DNA of 64,000 nucleotides, from the NCBI RefSeq assembly GCF_006345805.1, contig NC_043012.1, positions 53,816,001-53,880,000 on the forward strand, read 5' to 3'. The position numbers and the translations under genes were made by a program. Positions 48,996-62,079 of the stretch are shown in pieces (within the stretch, counting starts at the first letter, position 1; every line of letters starts with the position of its first letter). Under the pieces are notes generated by a model. It searched no databases and had not been told where the DNA came from. It was given only the letters and a program-made list of their open reading frames with translations. The DNA comes from Octopus sinensis. Its lineage: Eukaryota.

Positions 48996-51900
48996 ATTAT
49001 ATATCAATTATTATAATATTATCTCCATAATTATTTACGAGAATAGCTGGAGCTTCAGCGGAATGAAGGACAACCAATCGATAAATCAGTATCATCAGTT
49101 CCCTCCACCAGTACGACAATATATTTGTAGCCAATGTACTTGACTCTAAACAACTCAGCTAACCAAGCTGGAAATATGTACATCATACACATGCAACTCG
49201 CGGCTCTTATATCAATCTATAATTGATGAGTATTTTTGTTAGTTTTTACCAATGATTTCAAGTTATTCTGTGGGCTTCTATCTTGGTTGATTTATGGTTG
49301 CAGGTTGAGCGAGACTGTATAGAAAAGAACTTAAAAATAAAATCTTTAATGTAGTTTTTTTATGATTTTCTCTACTTATAGTATAGAATTCTTTTTCGTT
49401 TGTTTTATTACGTCACTACTTTCAGTATTGTATTTTAAGTTTCTGTGTCTATGTCTCTGTCAAACAGTACACATCTTATTTATATTCCAGTCCAACACCA
49501 AGCACCTCACCCCCAGAACACCATTTTAAAACCATAACTCAAATCAGCACGGCTTATTTGAAGACTGAGGGGATTGCTACATTTGTCATTTTGCAATGCT
49601 TAATATGACAGGATACTCGTCGACTTCTCAATTTACTGTTAGATGTCTACCATTAATCTACTACTGGTCGAGAAGGAAAACGTTTCAGATCTGTCGTTAA
49701 CATGTAATTCTATTCGTGTTTCTTGTCAAGAAGAAATATATCTGATGACATAATACAGTGTTTGAGAGAGAAAAAAATAGTTTTGGTGCAACAAAGCTAT
49801 TTTTTATGACTAGGAATTATAACCGATTTACTTCATGTTTAACTCAGTCTTGCTAGTTCCAGGCTAATAATTAAATTTGTCCTTATCTTCTACTGCCTTT
49901 TCTTTGCTAACATTAGTAGTTCATAGTTTTATAAAACAAATTTTACTGTTCTGTTCCGTAAACTAGTGTAAAAAAAATCAATATGAGGTTTCCTTTTGTT
50001 TGGTTTGTTTACGTTTATGTGATTTTTTTCTTCTAAAACTGGACACCAGCCCACAATTTCATCTCTTCATCCTATTTCGTAGCTTGCCATTTCATCTATT
50101 AAGAGTATTCACTAATACAACCGCTAAAATATAAAGCTGATATGCATCAGTACGATGTTCTTGGAAAGCAGACGATAACAATCATATCTGTTGTTAGTGT
50201 TGATATTATTGTTATTAATATTATTGATGCTTTCGTAATTATTGTTGATCTTGTTGTTCTTGTCGTTCCATTATTTTATTAATGAATAAAAATGACGTCG
50301 GATAATTGGCGAAGCGATCTGCTGAGGATTATAGGAACTCTTTTGTTTATTTATTCAACCGGAATAAGTGATCTGAATATCTTAATAGCTACAGGAATTA
50401 TTTTCTGACTTTTAACTGATTTTTTTAATGTTTGTTTTATACGTGTTATGCTTTAGTTACTATACAATTGTTCTTTCTTTTTCTCTTTTAATATACCATC
50501 TTGTTTTGTATAATTCTTTTGTTATCCATAATTTTCAGACCGTAATAGAGTTTTTGTAAGCTACAGCTATTTATTTAAAAAACACCCAGATTCGCTATAA
50601 TTCATATAAAATTGCACATCATGTGCCGACTTGAAATGTAATAGAATACAAGCGGAATGCAGATTTAAATATTGATTTAATCTTCTGAACAAAGAAACTT
50701 TGTTAAAATAACACTCTATTGCTAACAGAAGATATAAAAAAAAGGGAAAGCGAAAACGCGTTTAGCTTTTGTAATTTCTCTCAGATGTCCGCCAATTTTA
50801 TACTGAATAGATTTCTAAAATGCAATATGTTTGAGAAGGGTGATACCCCCCTGGAAAATCTCTCAACAAACAAAATATATAAATGAAAGCAAATTGCTAT
50901 ATATTGTATAAAAAGTAAGACTTATTCTAACAAATTGGCCGGAATATGTTTATAATATTATTACCTCTTACAGTATCACATTCTTCATCCTTTTCCATTT
51001 TTTTTTTACTTGTTTGCCGTAGAATAAGAGATAAACTTCCAACTGATTCCGGTTTCCAACTAAAATTAATTTACTTTCTTTCAACTGTTATTCCCGTTGG
51101 GAAATGCATGTGTATTGCAACACTCCATGTGATATTCCTTAAATGATAAAATGTGAAGAGACCAATTCATTTTCCTTTCAAATATTCAACCCCAACATCT
51201 ACGAAACCCGAGTAAATTCTTCAGAGTCCTATGAAGCTATTATTATTTGTTTTACCCACGTCTGTCTTTAATTTGCAGTCCTATAAAATGCATTTCTGTA
51301 ACACATTTCTACAAGCACTGCATAACTCCCGTTTTTGTCACAGATTGGCTTCCATACTTGAACAGAAATACCTTATCATCACTTCAACACTAACGTTCTG
51401 AATTATCGTGAAATCTTTTAAAGACATTTTAGTTTTTCTTTGCTTTGCTTTTAATACCTGTCTATCTCTCTTGATTTATTACAACATTCGTTGTACTGCA
51501 TTTTAATTAAATATTTTAATCACTTGGAAACGGGCCAGAATAAATCCATTCTTGATTCCAAGATTGGCTAGGAAAAGTTTCATCAAAGTTGCGATAGATC
51601 AAATAGAAACCGCGCACTAATCAGCAAAATGCAATCATTGCATATGTTAATGAAGGCCAGCATATAATCTCCCCAATTATGATATCGGAGGAATAATAGA
51701 GTCGAAAGGCAACATGAAATATGATTCGCTATTATAATTCATAGAGCAACATCCGAGCCATTACAAGGTCGGTCATTGTTTATGATATAACAGCCAAATC
51801 GCACTCAAATCACACTGCACCCTCTTAAACCAGGAAAGAACATGATTGAGTATCAGATATGCAAAAATTTAATTACAGGATGGTCATGAAAAGAAATGAG

Positions 51901-53062
51901 TTTGATCATAGATCTAATCGATCAGAGCTGACTTGCGGCTATAAACAACATCACGACCAACACCAACAACAATAATATGATAACCCTTTCCGATCGCTGT
52001 TGCAACGAAAGGAATTAATTATGCAGTTTCTACTGACTGAACGGACAAATGATCAAAGGCGTTGCAACCGTGCACATACCGCAATTGTCAACAGATCCCT
52101 ATGGAAATCCCGTGTTTGATTCAACGGCAATATACTATGATGATTAATGAACAATCCTTGAATAATGACCCCCATATATGAGCCAATGTAGAGGCCTGTA
52201 CATGGTCGCTTGAACTGCTAGAAATAGCATGTATACTGCCCTAAAATCAGACACAAGTGCTTTAGTGATGGATGACAGGTACAACGATGTAACATTTGAT
52301 GCGGTATATGATGGATCCTCCGTTGGTTTCGGCGATGCACATTTATTTGTTTGATCAACTGTATGTTCGATTCGTTAAATTAGTGTGTTACTGATTGAGG
52401 ATTCGGTAGATATGTGTGCCCTTATCGAAAGGTTTAGGTCAAATCAGTAGGACAAAATACATGGCAAGAATTAACATATGAATGACAAGAAATATATATC
52501 CAACAGGCTTCCATACATTTGACAGGGTTTCCACACACTTTCCGCCTACCATCTTTAATTTACGAAGGATGAGACGGTGGGAGGCAATAACAACGACACT
52601 TGCTCGAGATATAGAAATCCCTCGACTATCACGAGTATTACCTTCCAAAATCCCACGCGACAGGTGAAAATTCGCGAAGTAGAAACAGTACGATAATGTA
52701 TATTTTTTGAATTATTTTTTATAATTTGTATATATTCATTTTATTATAAATGCAAAACAACACCGCGGAGGAATCGGTGTAAGCTTAAATAATAAACCGC
52801 GATAGGTGAAATGCGATGTGGCGAGGGATTACTGTAAATACATGCATATATATATATATATATATATATAATGCACAGTTCCCTGATAGAAAATTCAATT
52901 AAAAAAAGTACTGCCATCTCGGTTTTTTCGCGTTTCCTCTCTCATTCATCTTTTTTTAGTGCGTTATATGTGGTTTGTGCCTGATGAATATATTTGAGGT
53001 TTTTCTCAACATATGAAACTATTGGTAGCTCTTAGACATGTATTGTGTCCTTTAAATAAATC

Positions 53063-53098
<36 letters not shown>

Positions 53099-53102
53099 AG
53101 GT

Positions 53103-53144
<42 letters not shown>

Positions 53145-53145
<1 letters not shown>

Positions 53146-53294
53146 GCTATGTTTAAGAAGCACGCCTTGCACCTACGTGCTTTCGAGGTCAGTCTACTGT
53201 GCACTACCTGGGGCAAGTCTCTTCTACTATAGCCCTAGGCCGACCAAAGTCTTGGGAATGAATTTGAGAGAAGGAAACTGAGTAGAAAACATTC

Positions 53295-53361
<67 letters not shown>

Positions 53362-53580
53362 TATAGGCGCATATGTATGTATTGGTGCATGTCCTCCTTA
53401 TAGGCTGATGACTGGAGTAGGTCCCTTTAAGTTCTCATAACATAGTGGTTAGGCCAAACAGGCCGATAAGATAAATACTAAATTTCAAAGCTGAGTATTG
53501 GATCAATTTGTTCCACTAAAACCTTCAAAGCAGTGTCCCACGCATACGCGCAGTACAATGACAGAAACCAGTAAAAGATA
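53145..53580 (+). mobile_element. Diverged family-A SINE with (TA)n expansion
   Basis: GGGGCAAGTCTCTTCTACTATAGCCCTAGGCCGACCAAAG..ATAAGATAAATACT..GAAACCAGTAAAAGATAAG. Confidence 0.75.
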
Positions 53581-53934
53581 AGAATCATAGAAAGACAGAC
53601 AAATGAGTCAGTTGATAGCCGAAGGATTATCTTGTCCTACCATCAGCAATTAGCTTCTCATTTCTGTACGTTCTCAGTGTTCCGTTGGCATTAAATAAAT
53701 TTATTGGATCTTCTCAAACGTAATAATAACGTCATCGTGATCCGTTAAGACTAATGCAATCAAATATTGTTCCCCACAGCTAATAATAACAGAAGGTTAT
53801 TTTATTGCACTTTCTCTTAAATTACATATTTCTTTCATTGCCTTCAGGACAAAGAAATTCGGCTTTTGCTTCAGAAACAGAATATTTTGGTGTCAGCAAT
53901 TCAGGAATCTCATGTCTTGAGCTTATCTACTATT

Positions 53935-54180
53935 TATTCTCTATATTTTACTCGTTTCAGTCATTCGAACTACGACCATACTGGAGCACTGCCTCGAAGG
54001 GTTTTAGTCGACTAAGTTAATCCCAGCTGTTGTTTTTTGAGTCTGATACTTATTCTAACGATTTTCTTTTATCCAAACCACTAAAATACGAGGATGTAAG
54101 CAAACCAACAACGGTTGTCAAGTAGTGACGAATGACAAGCACAAAGACGCACGCACACGTACGCACACTTGTACATACAT
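53935..54180 (-). mobile_element. Family-A SINE 3' half
   Basis: TTTTACTCGTTTCAGTCATT..GGAGCAC..ACAACGGTTGTCAAG. Confidence 0.75.
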
Positions 54181-54184
54181 GTAA

Positions 54185-54197
54185 GACAGACAAACAC

Positions 54198-54230
<33 letters not shown>

Positions 54231-54606
54231 CATATATAGATAGAGAGAAAGACATATATAGATAGAGAGAGAGACATATATAGATAGATAAATAGAGAAA
54301 GAGAGAGAGAGACATATATAGATTGATAGATAGAGAGAGAGACATATATAGATAGATAGAGAGAGATAGAGTGAGAGACATATATAGATATAGAGAGAGA
54401 GAGAGAAAAAAAGAGACATATATAGATAGATAGAGAGAGAGAGAGAAAGAGACATATATAGATAGAGAGAGAGAGAGAGACATATATAGATAGACATATA
54501 GAGAGATAGAAAGACATATATAGATGGATAGATAGATAGACATATATATATATATAGAAAGAGAGAGAGAGAGAGACGTAGATAGATAGATAGATGATAG
54601 AGAGAC

Positions 54607-54655
<49 letters not shown>
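54185..54655. repeat. Minisatellite GACATATATAGAT(AG)n grading into (GATA)n
   Basis: About a dozen units visible. Confidence 0.95.
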
Positions 54656-57106
54656 TCCGCCTCTTGTTTTAACTGATTACCAATCTTATTTTCCCGTTTA
54701 ATTCTCTTTTTATTGTTGTCTTTAAATTTCGTTCAACATTTTTATTCCCGTTGCAAAGGTATTTACTGAGAATATTGCCTCTTACATTAATTTAGCATTT
54801 CCAGCTCTGTGTATTATTGAGGTTAGTACAACAGCTACTTCTAGTAGTAGTAGTAGTAGTAGTAATGTTTGTGTTGTTCTATAGCTCCAGCAATAGCATA
54901 CCAACGATCACGTGCATTTCATTTATTCATATCTACATTTCGGGCTTAATTTTCTGACAATGCATCTGGGATAACATTATTTAATGTCCACTTAAATTTT
55001 ACAGATGGTCCGATGGAATTTGAGGAAAATTTCGCTGTTAATTTTAACAGATAACGCGACCACGTCTATGTTTTGTCGTCGACTCTTCTGAGCCTGTTTG
55101 GTCACGATGCCAAAGAGCAGAGAGACTGGAATGGTTTCACGTTGCTTGTCTTCATTAGTCTTTAAATATCTGAGAGAGAGAGAGAGAGAGACTCAATTTC
55201 TTTTTAACTGTCGTCAGTTGATAAAGTTTACTGAAGTAGTTCAAATAGAGATTCGATATCGGGAATCGATATCATACCGCTGACTTAACATACGTGAAGA
55301 GACACTAGTTCCTACATCCCACCTTTGCTACAATTGACTACTTCGTGTAAAGCAAAGCCATAACTGAAGCTTGTACGTGATCACTCCAAATAGCTGGCAA
55401 ATTTCTTTCATTTCTCATACTGATTTCAGCAGAGGAGACATTGAGCAACAAAGTCGTATGTTTCTCCTGAAAAGATAGTATTATTAAGACTGTAATACTT
55501 TTGATCATAGATCTCTGCGATCAGGTCTGCCCTTCATTATATGAACTACAACTTCCTATAAAGGAAAATTTCTCTTGGACGCTAATCCAACAGTGCCGCC
55601 GACAGTTACTCAGCGTTCCGCTGCGTCTAGTGGCGAACTATATCACCACACGATACCTCTTAATAGATTCATGTATTACCCATCAAACTATATGATTCCT
55701 ATCTACAGCTAAATTAATTGGGTTATTGAGGGCAAGCTACTTGCATTTCTAAATGGCACAATTCTTTGATACTCTGGTCAGTATGCTCCTAACTAACAAC
55801 TTTGGAATTTATCAATTATAAAACAATGAAGAATGTTTCCTAAATAGCATTGAAATAGGTCAGGTGTTAACGAGAGAGGCCTCTCACTGATTGTTTCGCC
55901 TACTAGAAATTGTCTCCAAATCTCCCTCATTGTCTTCTACGATCTTAAAACGGAACGGACGCAGTAGCTAGAGAACAGCATGTTAGATATACTATCCCTA
56001 AAAGACAGATGATACACTCACAGCCGGAACACATTTTGATCATGGGTCTACTTGATCAGGGCCGTTTGTAGAATTGTTAAAACGTCAGATATATTGGCAG
56101 CGGTATTTAGTTATGGATCGTTACGTTCGGAGATCAAATCTCGCCCAGGTCAGCTTTGCCTTTCATCGCTCTTAGATCGATAAAATAAATTACCAGAAAA
56201 GTACCGGAGTCAATTAAATATCGCTAGAAAGCATCTTAGATATGAATGGAATTATGGCAATGACAACAATAAACGCAGCAATGTATTCTGTTATATGTTA
56301 TTGTCTTCATCTTAAAAGGTCCAGTTTGTCAAAGAATTAACCGCACCAAAATTGCTTTTACGCCAAGAAGAAAAAGTAGTAGCAGTAGTAGTAGTAGTAG
56401 TAGTAGTCTTATTGGGTGCTGTCATCGCTTTCACTCAAAATTAGATTAATCTATTTCCCGATCTAATACAGTTGCAAAAGAATTGGAAGTAATTCCGATA
56501 TTATTCTTACTTTGTCTCTTATGGTTTAGGAAGGGGATGAAGAATGGAGAGGAAGGAGGAAAGAAAGGCGCGGGGCGAAGTGTTCGAAACTAATGAGCCA
56601 ATATATGTCAATAGTTTAAGCTTGATTTGCCAAACGACTTTCTCGGTTTAGTTAGATTCATAATTTCCATTCATTAAACAACTCATAACATGAATTATAT
56701 TGAATTGTAGAACCTAATAGATTTGACTAGAAACGTAATTAACTAATTTGAAAGAGAAAAATATGTTATGAATATTCAAAAATGGTCACATAATAAGATT
56801 AATTAGGTTTATTGTTATAGTCTGTAAACAATTTCGAGCATTGAATTTTAACACAGGCGGTAGGCTGAACCACTGAATGAGTAACAGTGTTTAGCTTTTA
56901 GTCCTACTGGTCCTGAGTTCAATTCTCGCGTAAATCTGAATTTGCATTATATATTTCTCTGGAGTTATTACTGTTCTATTGGTCCAATCCATGCCAGATC
57001 GATCCCAGTATGGCCTGGACAAGTACTAGGATCAAAGGCGTTCTGGATATGACTACTTCGTTTTTTCCCTTCGACGTTGTCTTGCTTTTATCTGTTTCCT
57101 CTTTAA

Positions 57107-57295
57107 AGGTGGAGATCCGGAAGAATCGTTGGCAATCCGAACAAAATGTTCAGTGGAATTTCGTCCAACTTTACGTTCTGAGTTGAAATTCTACCGAGGT
57201 CGACTTTGCCTTTCATCCTTTCGCCGTAAATGAAATAAGGACCAGTCGAGGACTACCATCGATGTAATCGACTAGCAACCTGCCCCTAAATTTCA
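57107..57295 (+). mobile_element. Family-B SINE
   Basis: TTACGTTCTGAGTTGAAATTCTACCGAGGTCGACTTTGCCTTTCATCCTTTCG. Confidence 0.8.
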
Positions 57296-57344
57296 TGGAC
57301 AGCAGCCATACTTGGGCACTGTCTCGAAGGTTTGCATTCTTATT

Positions 57345-57572
57345 TCGTTATTGCTCACAAGGAGCTACACACAGAGGGGACAAACAAGGGCAGACAATCG
57401 GATTAAGTCGATTACATCGACCCCAGTGCGTAACTGGTACTTAATTTATCGACCCCAAAAGGATGAAAGGCAAAGTCGACCTCGGCGGAATTTGAACTCA
57501 AAACGTAACGGCAGACGAAATACTGCTAAGCATTTCGCGCGGCGTGCTAACGTTTCTGCCAGTTCGCTGCCT
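57345..57572 (-). mobile_element. SINE family B1, full length
   Basis: Reverse complement of the 47700 copy. Confidence 0.9.
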
Positions 57573-57684
57573 TATCAATATATTTCCAGCTGTAATGAGT
57601 ATATTGGACAACTGTATTATTTGAACCTTGTTGCATAGCATGAATAACAAAACAGAGCTTTAAAACGATATATCATATTGATAT

Positions 57685-57870
57685 CAAATTTTGGCACAGG
57701 GCCAGCAAATTTTCGAGAGGCAGCATAAGTTGATTACATCGGTCCCAAAGTTCGACTGGTTCTTATTTTATCGACCCCGAAGGGAAAGAAAGCCAAAGTC
57801 GACCTCGGCGGCTTTTGAACCCAGAACGTAAAGACCGACGAAATGCTACGATTAAGCCAGGTCGCCGCCT
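57685..57870 (-). mobile_element. SINE family B2
   Basis: GGCACAGGGCCAGC tail and AAAGTCGACCTCGGCGG core. Confidence 0.8.
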
Positions 57871-58276
57871 TAACACGATATGTTACATTGCCGACAATGT
57901 GCTTTTTCAGAAACGCTTTACTATCTTGCCTCCCACCGCCACGCATGCACCACCACCACCACAACCATGCTATCGAATTATTTTATAACATTAACTATTA
58001 TAATACTAACAAACGTTGACGCTTATATTTACTACTTTTTAAAAACGACAACGTGGCCTTATTTCGCTCTTTCCTTCCTCTCTCTATTTAGCCTTCTCTC
58101 TCACTTTTCTATCTTTAATAAAGAGAGTCAGAGAGAAGATATATCCTACTCTCTTCATGAAGTGGTAAAAATATACCCCATTGGATATTAAATTCGATGT
58201 GATTTCCATTGATAAGTCCTTTACATGTGTAAACTACATCGTTAGTTTTCCAATCAAGAGAAACAATAGAGAAATA

Positions 58277-58720
58277 GGCGTAGGAGTGGCTGTGTGGTAA
58301 GTAGCTTATCTACCAACCACATGGTTCCGGGTTCAGTCCCACTGCGTGGCACCTTGGGTAAGCGTCTTCTACTATAGCCTCGGGTCGACCAAAGCTTGTG
58401 AGTGGATTTGGTAGACGGAAACTGAAAGAAGTCCGTCGTATATATGTATATATATATATATGTGTGTGTGTGTGCGTGTGTATATATATATGTATATGTT
58501 TGTGTGTATGTATATATGTTTGTGTGTCTGTGTTTGTCCCCACCAACATCGCTTGACAACCGATGCTGGTGTGTTTACGCGACCGTAACTTAGCGGTTCG
58601 GCAAAAGAGACAGATAGAAGAAGTACTAGGCTTACAAAGAATAAACCCTGGTGTCAATTTGCTCGACTAAGGGCGGTGCCCCAGCATGGCCACAGTCAAA
58701 TGACCGAAACAAGTAAGAGA
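58277..58720 (+). mobile_element. SINE family A, full-length reference copy
   Basis: A box TGGCTGTGTGG (58287-58297), B box GGTTCAGTCCC (58330-58340), central (TA)(TG) tract, tail GAAACAAGTAAGAG. Confidence 0.92.
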
Positions 58721-58917
58721 GAGTAGAAAAGGACAATAGCTACACGTTGTAGACTTGGATCTGAAGCAGCCATATTATAGGTTTAAATCTGCACAAGTTA
58801 CCAAAGAGAGGAAATTAGAAGTTAGAGAATTTTAGAATGTCATTCTTGCAATTTTGACTTTTGTCTAACTCTTGTTCTTACTTCATTCCAAATAATAACT
58901 AGACACAGTTTTGATCG

Positions 58918-59250
58918 CGATGGCTCAGTGGCTAGAGCGTCGAGCTCACAATCATGAGGTAGAGAATTCGATTATCGAACCATGTTATGTGCTGTGTTCT
59001 TGAGCAAGACTCTTTAATTTCACGTTACTCCAGTTCACTCAGCTGTAGAAATGAGTTGCGACGTCACTGGTGTCAAGTGGTATCGGCCTTTGCCTTACCT
59101 TTGGATAACATCAGAGGCGTGGAGAGGCGAAGCAAGAATGCATGGGCGATTGCTGGTCTGCCATTAACAACCTTGCTCGTATTTGTACATCAGAGAGTAA
59201 GTTTCTAGGTGCAAACTCATGGTCAGTCATGACCGAAGAGGGTCTTTTTC
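58918..59250 (+). mobile_element. SINE: tRNA head + CORE-like + tail X
   Basis: A box TGGCTCAGTGG; GTGTTCTTGAGCAAGAC..TTTCACGTTACTCCAGTTCACTCAGCTG; tail also found at 770-905. Confidence 0.75.
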
Positions 59251-59544
59251 TTTTTCTTTTTTTTACACAGCACAATAACTATGCAGCGACTGTGAAGCTT
59301 TCATTGAAATGTAAGACCGAAACATAATTCTTCCTTGAATACGATGCAGTATTAATATACATGAATTTTTATTCTGACCTAAACCTGAGAAGTCGAAGCG
59401 TTTATACATAGCTACATGACAGGTCGCTGATATTGAATGCAAGGCTGTTTCGGATTTTATGAATATTTCGATAATTTCTAGCTGATGAATTTGATCAGTG
59501 AAAGATTACTGAAACATTCGTAATGAAAGGCTCAGAATATCTAT

Positions 59545-59772
59545 TTCTTTATTGCCCACAAGGAGCTAAACATAGAGGGGACAAACAAGGACAGACAAAG
59601 GGATTAAAACGATTACATCGACCCCAGTGCGAAACTGATACTTTATTTATCGACCCCGAAAGGATGAAAGGCAAAGTCGACCTCGGCGGAATTTGATCTC
59701 AGAACGTAACGGCAGACGAAATAATGCTAAGCATTTTGCCCGGCGCGCTAACGTTTCTGCCAGCTCGCCGCC
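59545..59772 (-). mobile_element. SINE family B1, full length
   Basis: Reverse complement of the 37719 copy. Confidence 0.92.
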
Positions 59773-59856
59773 TTTCAAAGGCTCAGAATATCAACAATTT
59801 GCTCTCTCCATTTCAATTAATACACACATACATACATACATACAAGTGTGTGTGTG

Positions 59857-59897
<41 letters not shown>

Positions 59898-60207
59898 CGA
59901 CAGAGTGAAAGAGACATAGAGAGAGAGAGACACACAGATTTCTTTCTTCCACTGAAAACATTCAAATAAACCCTCATATTTTTGCTATTCCCAGTAACGT
60001 TTTCAACATAAAACATGGGCGATTTTTCGCTTTCTGGGACCCAGTTAAAGGAAAACGCCCCATTAAGTGTTGTTTTTTCAAGTCCATGACCAAAAGGGTT
60101 TGTTTTGTTTTGGATTTCTTTTTGGCAAAAATAATCAAAACTATTTCTGCGGGTAAAATATGAAAGCGTTGATTTTTTCTTACTTTTTTTTCATTGTGGT
60201 TGTGTAT

Positions 60208-60825
60208 GTTAGTTAGTTAGTTAGTTAGTTAATTTGGCTCAAAAGCAAATAGCAAGGCCATGTAGGGGGACATGGAGTTAAGTACAGGGTGGTGTTCATG
60301 TAAAGAGTTCGGGCCACTTGAGGTCAAGGGAGGCTTTGAACAAAGCGGTCGTCGGCATCTTCACCATCTCGTCTGGCAGCTTGTTCCACGGATCCGCAAC
60401 CCGGACGGAGAAAGCTCCTCTCTTTCGATTGAGATGAAATCGTCGCAGGTAGAGCTTTTCGGAATGACCCCGCAGCTCTGGAGCAGGAGTGAAGAACAGC
60501 TCTTTCGAGAGGTTACACTTTCCGCTTATGATGTTGTGGGCGAGAATGAGATCACCACGGCGGCGGCGTTTTTCAAGAGAATAAAGGTCGAGCGTCCTCA
60601 GTCTTTCTTCGTAGGACAAATTTTTGAGACCATGAACCATGCGGGTAGCCAGCTTCTGGACTCTTTCGAGATGCTGTATGTCTTTGAGGAGATAAGGAGA
60701 AGAGGCTTGAATCCCATACTCCAATATGGGTCTCACCAGCGTGACATAGAGTGGTAGGAATATGGCTGCTGTGAGCATTCCGAATGACCGTCGAATCAAG
60801 AACAGAATTCCGCGGGTGATGCTAT
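60208..60825 (-). mobile_element. CR1-clade LINE 3' end with (AACT)n tail
   Basis: LIRRSF..LVRPILEYG..LERVQKLATRMV..LSYEERLRTLDLYSLEKRRRRGDLI..LRGHSEKL..FSVRV..WNKLP; open to the stop at 60296; GTTA repeats at 60208-60231. Confidence 0.95.
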
Positions 60826-61225
60826 TATTTTAACGCACCATGTGATACTCCTAATAAGAGATTGGCTCAATGTCTTTCATGAGAAATACTTTTCCTTGGT
60901 GAAATAAGTCCGCAAGGACAATTTCATAAGACAAACTATTTTGGTATACCTCAATAGATATCCATTAGCATTATGTTGTTTATTCAATTTTATATGTTCA
61001 CCGCAATCAATTGCGAAGAGAACCATAATTTTGTAGAAAAATAATTGCCTCACGTGTTTTCCTTTAATTACTATCTCTCTCTCATTCTCTCTCTCTCTCT
61101 CCATTAACATTTTACATCCCTGAGCAATTAGCAGCCGTGGTTTGCTCGCGTTAATTAGAAATTTAATTAAAACATTTAGTGGTTCCAATTTCTATAACAA
61201 CAGCATTATACTGGATGCTTTATAG

Positions 61226-61649
61226 CAGTCATGGGCAACCTGTGGCACGTAGGACATTCTGGGTGGCACACCTAACGACAAATTATCATATCCTTTCCTT
61301 ACAATCATCGGTGCGCGAAACGCTCCTCACGACCGCTGGTTCGTGAGATGGTTGTGATCTGTAATCAGTTCTGAGTGGTAAACGGTAAGAGAAGTAGGAA
61401 CAAGAAATGCGCATGTGAAGACTGAATTCATAAAGCCGAAGAGAAGAATACAAACGCAATGCGCATGTCAAAATAAAACGGAAGAGGAGAATAAAAACGT
61501 AATGTCAAACAAGTTATATAATGGTCTGCATGCCATGTCTGACATCATTATCATGCTTTTTGCTGCAAATTTCTTATGTAGTAATACAGTCGCATGATGA
61601 TGAGCCATGTCTCATGCGGGCTGCTTCTCGAAAACGGTTGTTCATGTCG
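61226..61649. mobile_element. hAT MITE, ~424 bp
   Basis: TIRs CAGTCATGGGCAACC and GGTTGTTCATGTCG; 8-bp TSD CTTTATAG / CTGTATAG (7/8). Confidence 0.7.
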
Positions 61650-61814
61650 CTGTATAGTATGTCGCAAGTAGACAACCGTTGGCTAGCTTAAATTCCTTCC
61701 TGAAAATTAAGACCTGCTTACGTTTGATAACATGAATACGTATACTTTTCTGGGTATCTGGAAACGAAGAAGTGTGGGAATATCTCATTTTCAACGATTC
61801 TAGCTTAATGTCCT

Positions 61815-62010
61815 TTACATTTTACCTGACTGCGGCCATGCTGGGAAAAAGTCTAGATGAATTTTAGTCGAACGTATCGAGCCCTACACTTATTTTTCAA
61901 AACTTGACGCTTATTTAATCAGTCTTTTTTGCCGAACCACTATAGTGCGAAGAATATAAACACCACCAACACAATTGTCAAGCGGTGAAGGTGGGGATAC
62001 AAACACACAC
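61815..62010 (-). mobile_element. Family-A SINE 3' half
   Basis: GACTGCGGCCATGCTGG..TTTTTGCCGAACC..TTGTCAAGCGGTG. Confidence 0.8.
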
Positions 62011-62013
62011 ACA

Positions 62014-62014
<1 letters not shown>

Positions 62015-62079
<65 letters not shown>

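Noticed and set aside
55612-55640. CTCF-like CTGCGTCTAGTGGCG
   Set aside because: It needs a 1-nt gap within the core, which is not tolerated by the motif.
60272-60757. 161-aa plus-strand ORF
   Set aside because: It is the antisense of the CR1 ORF.
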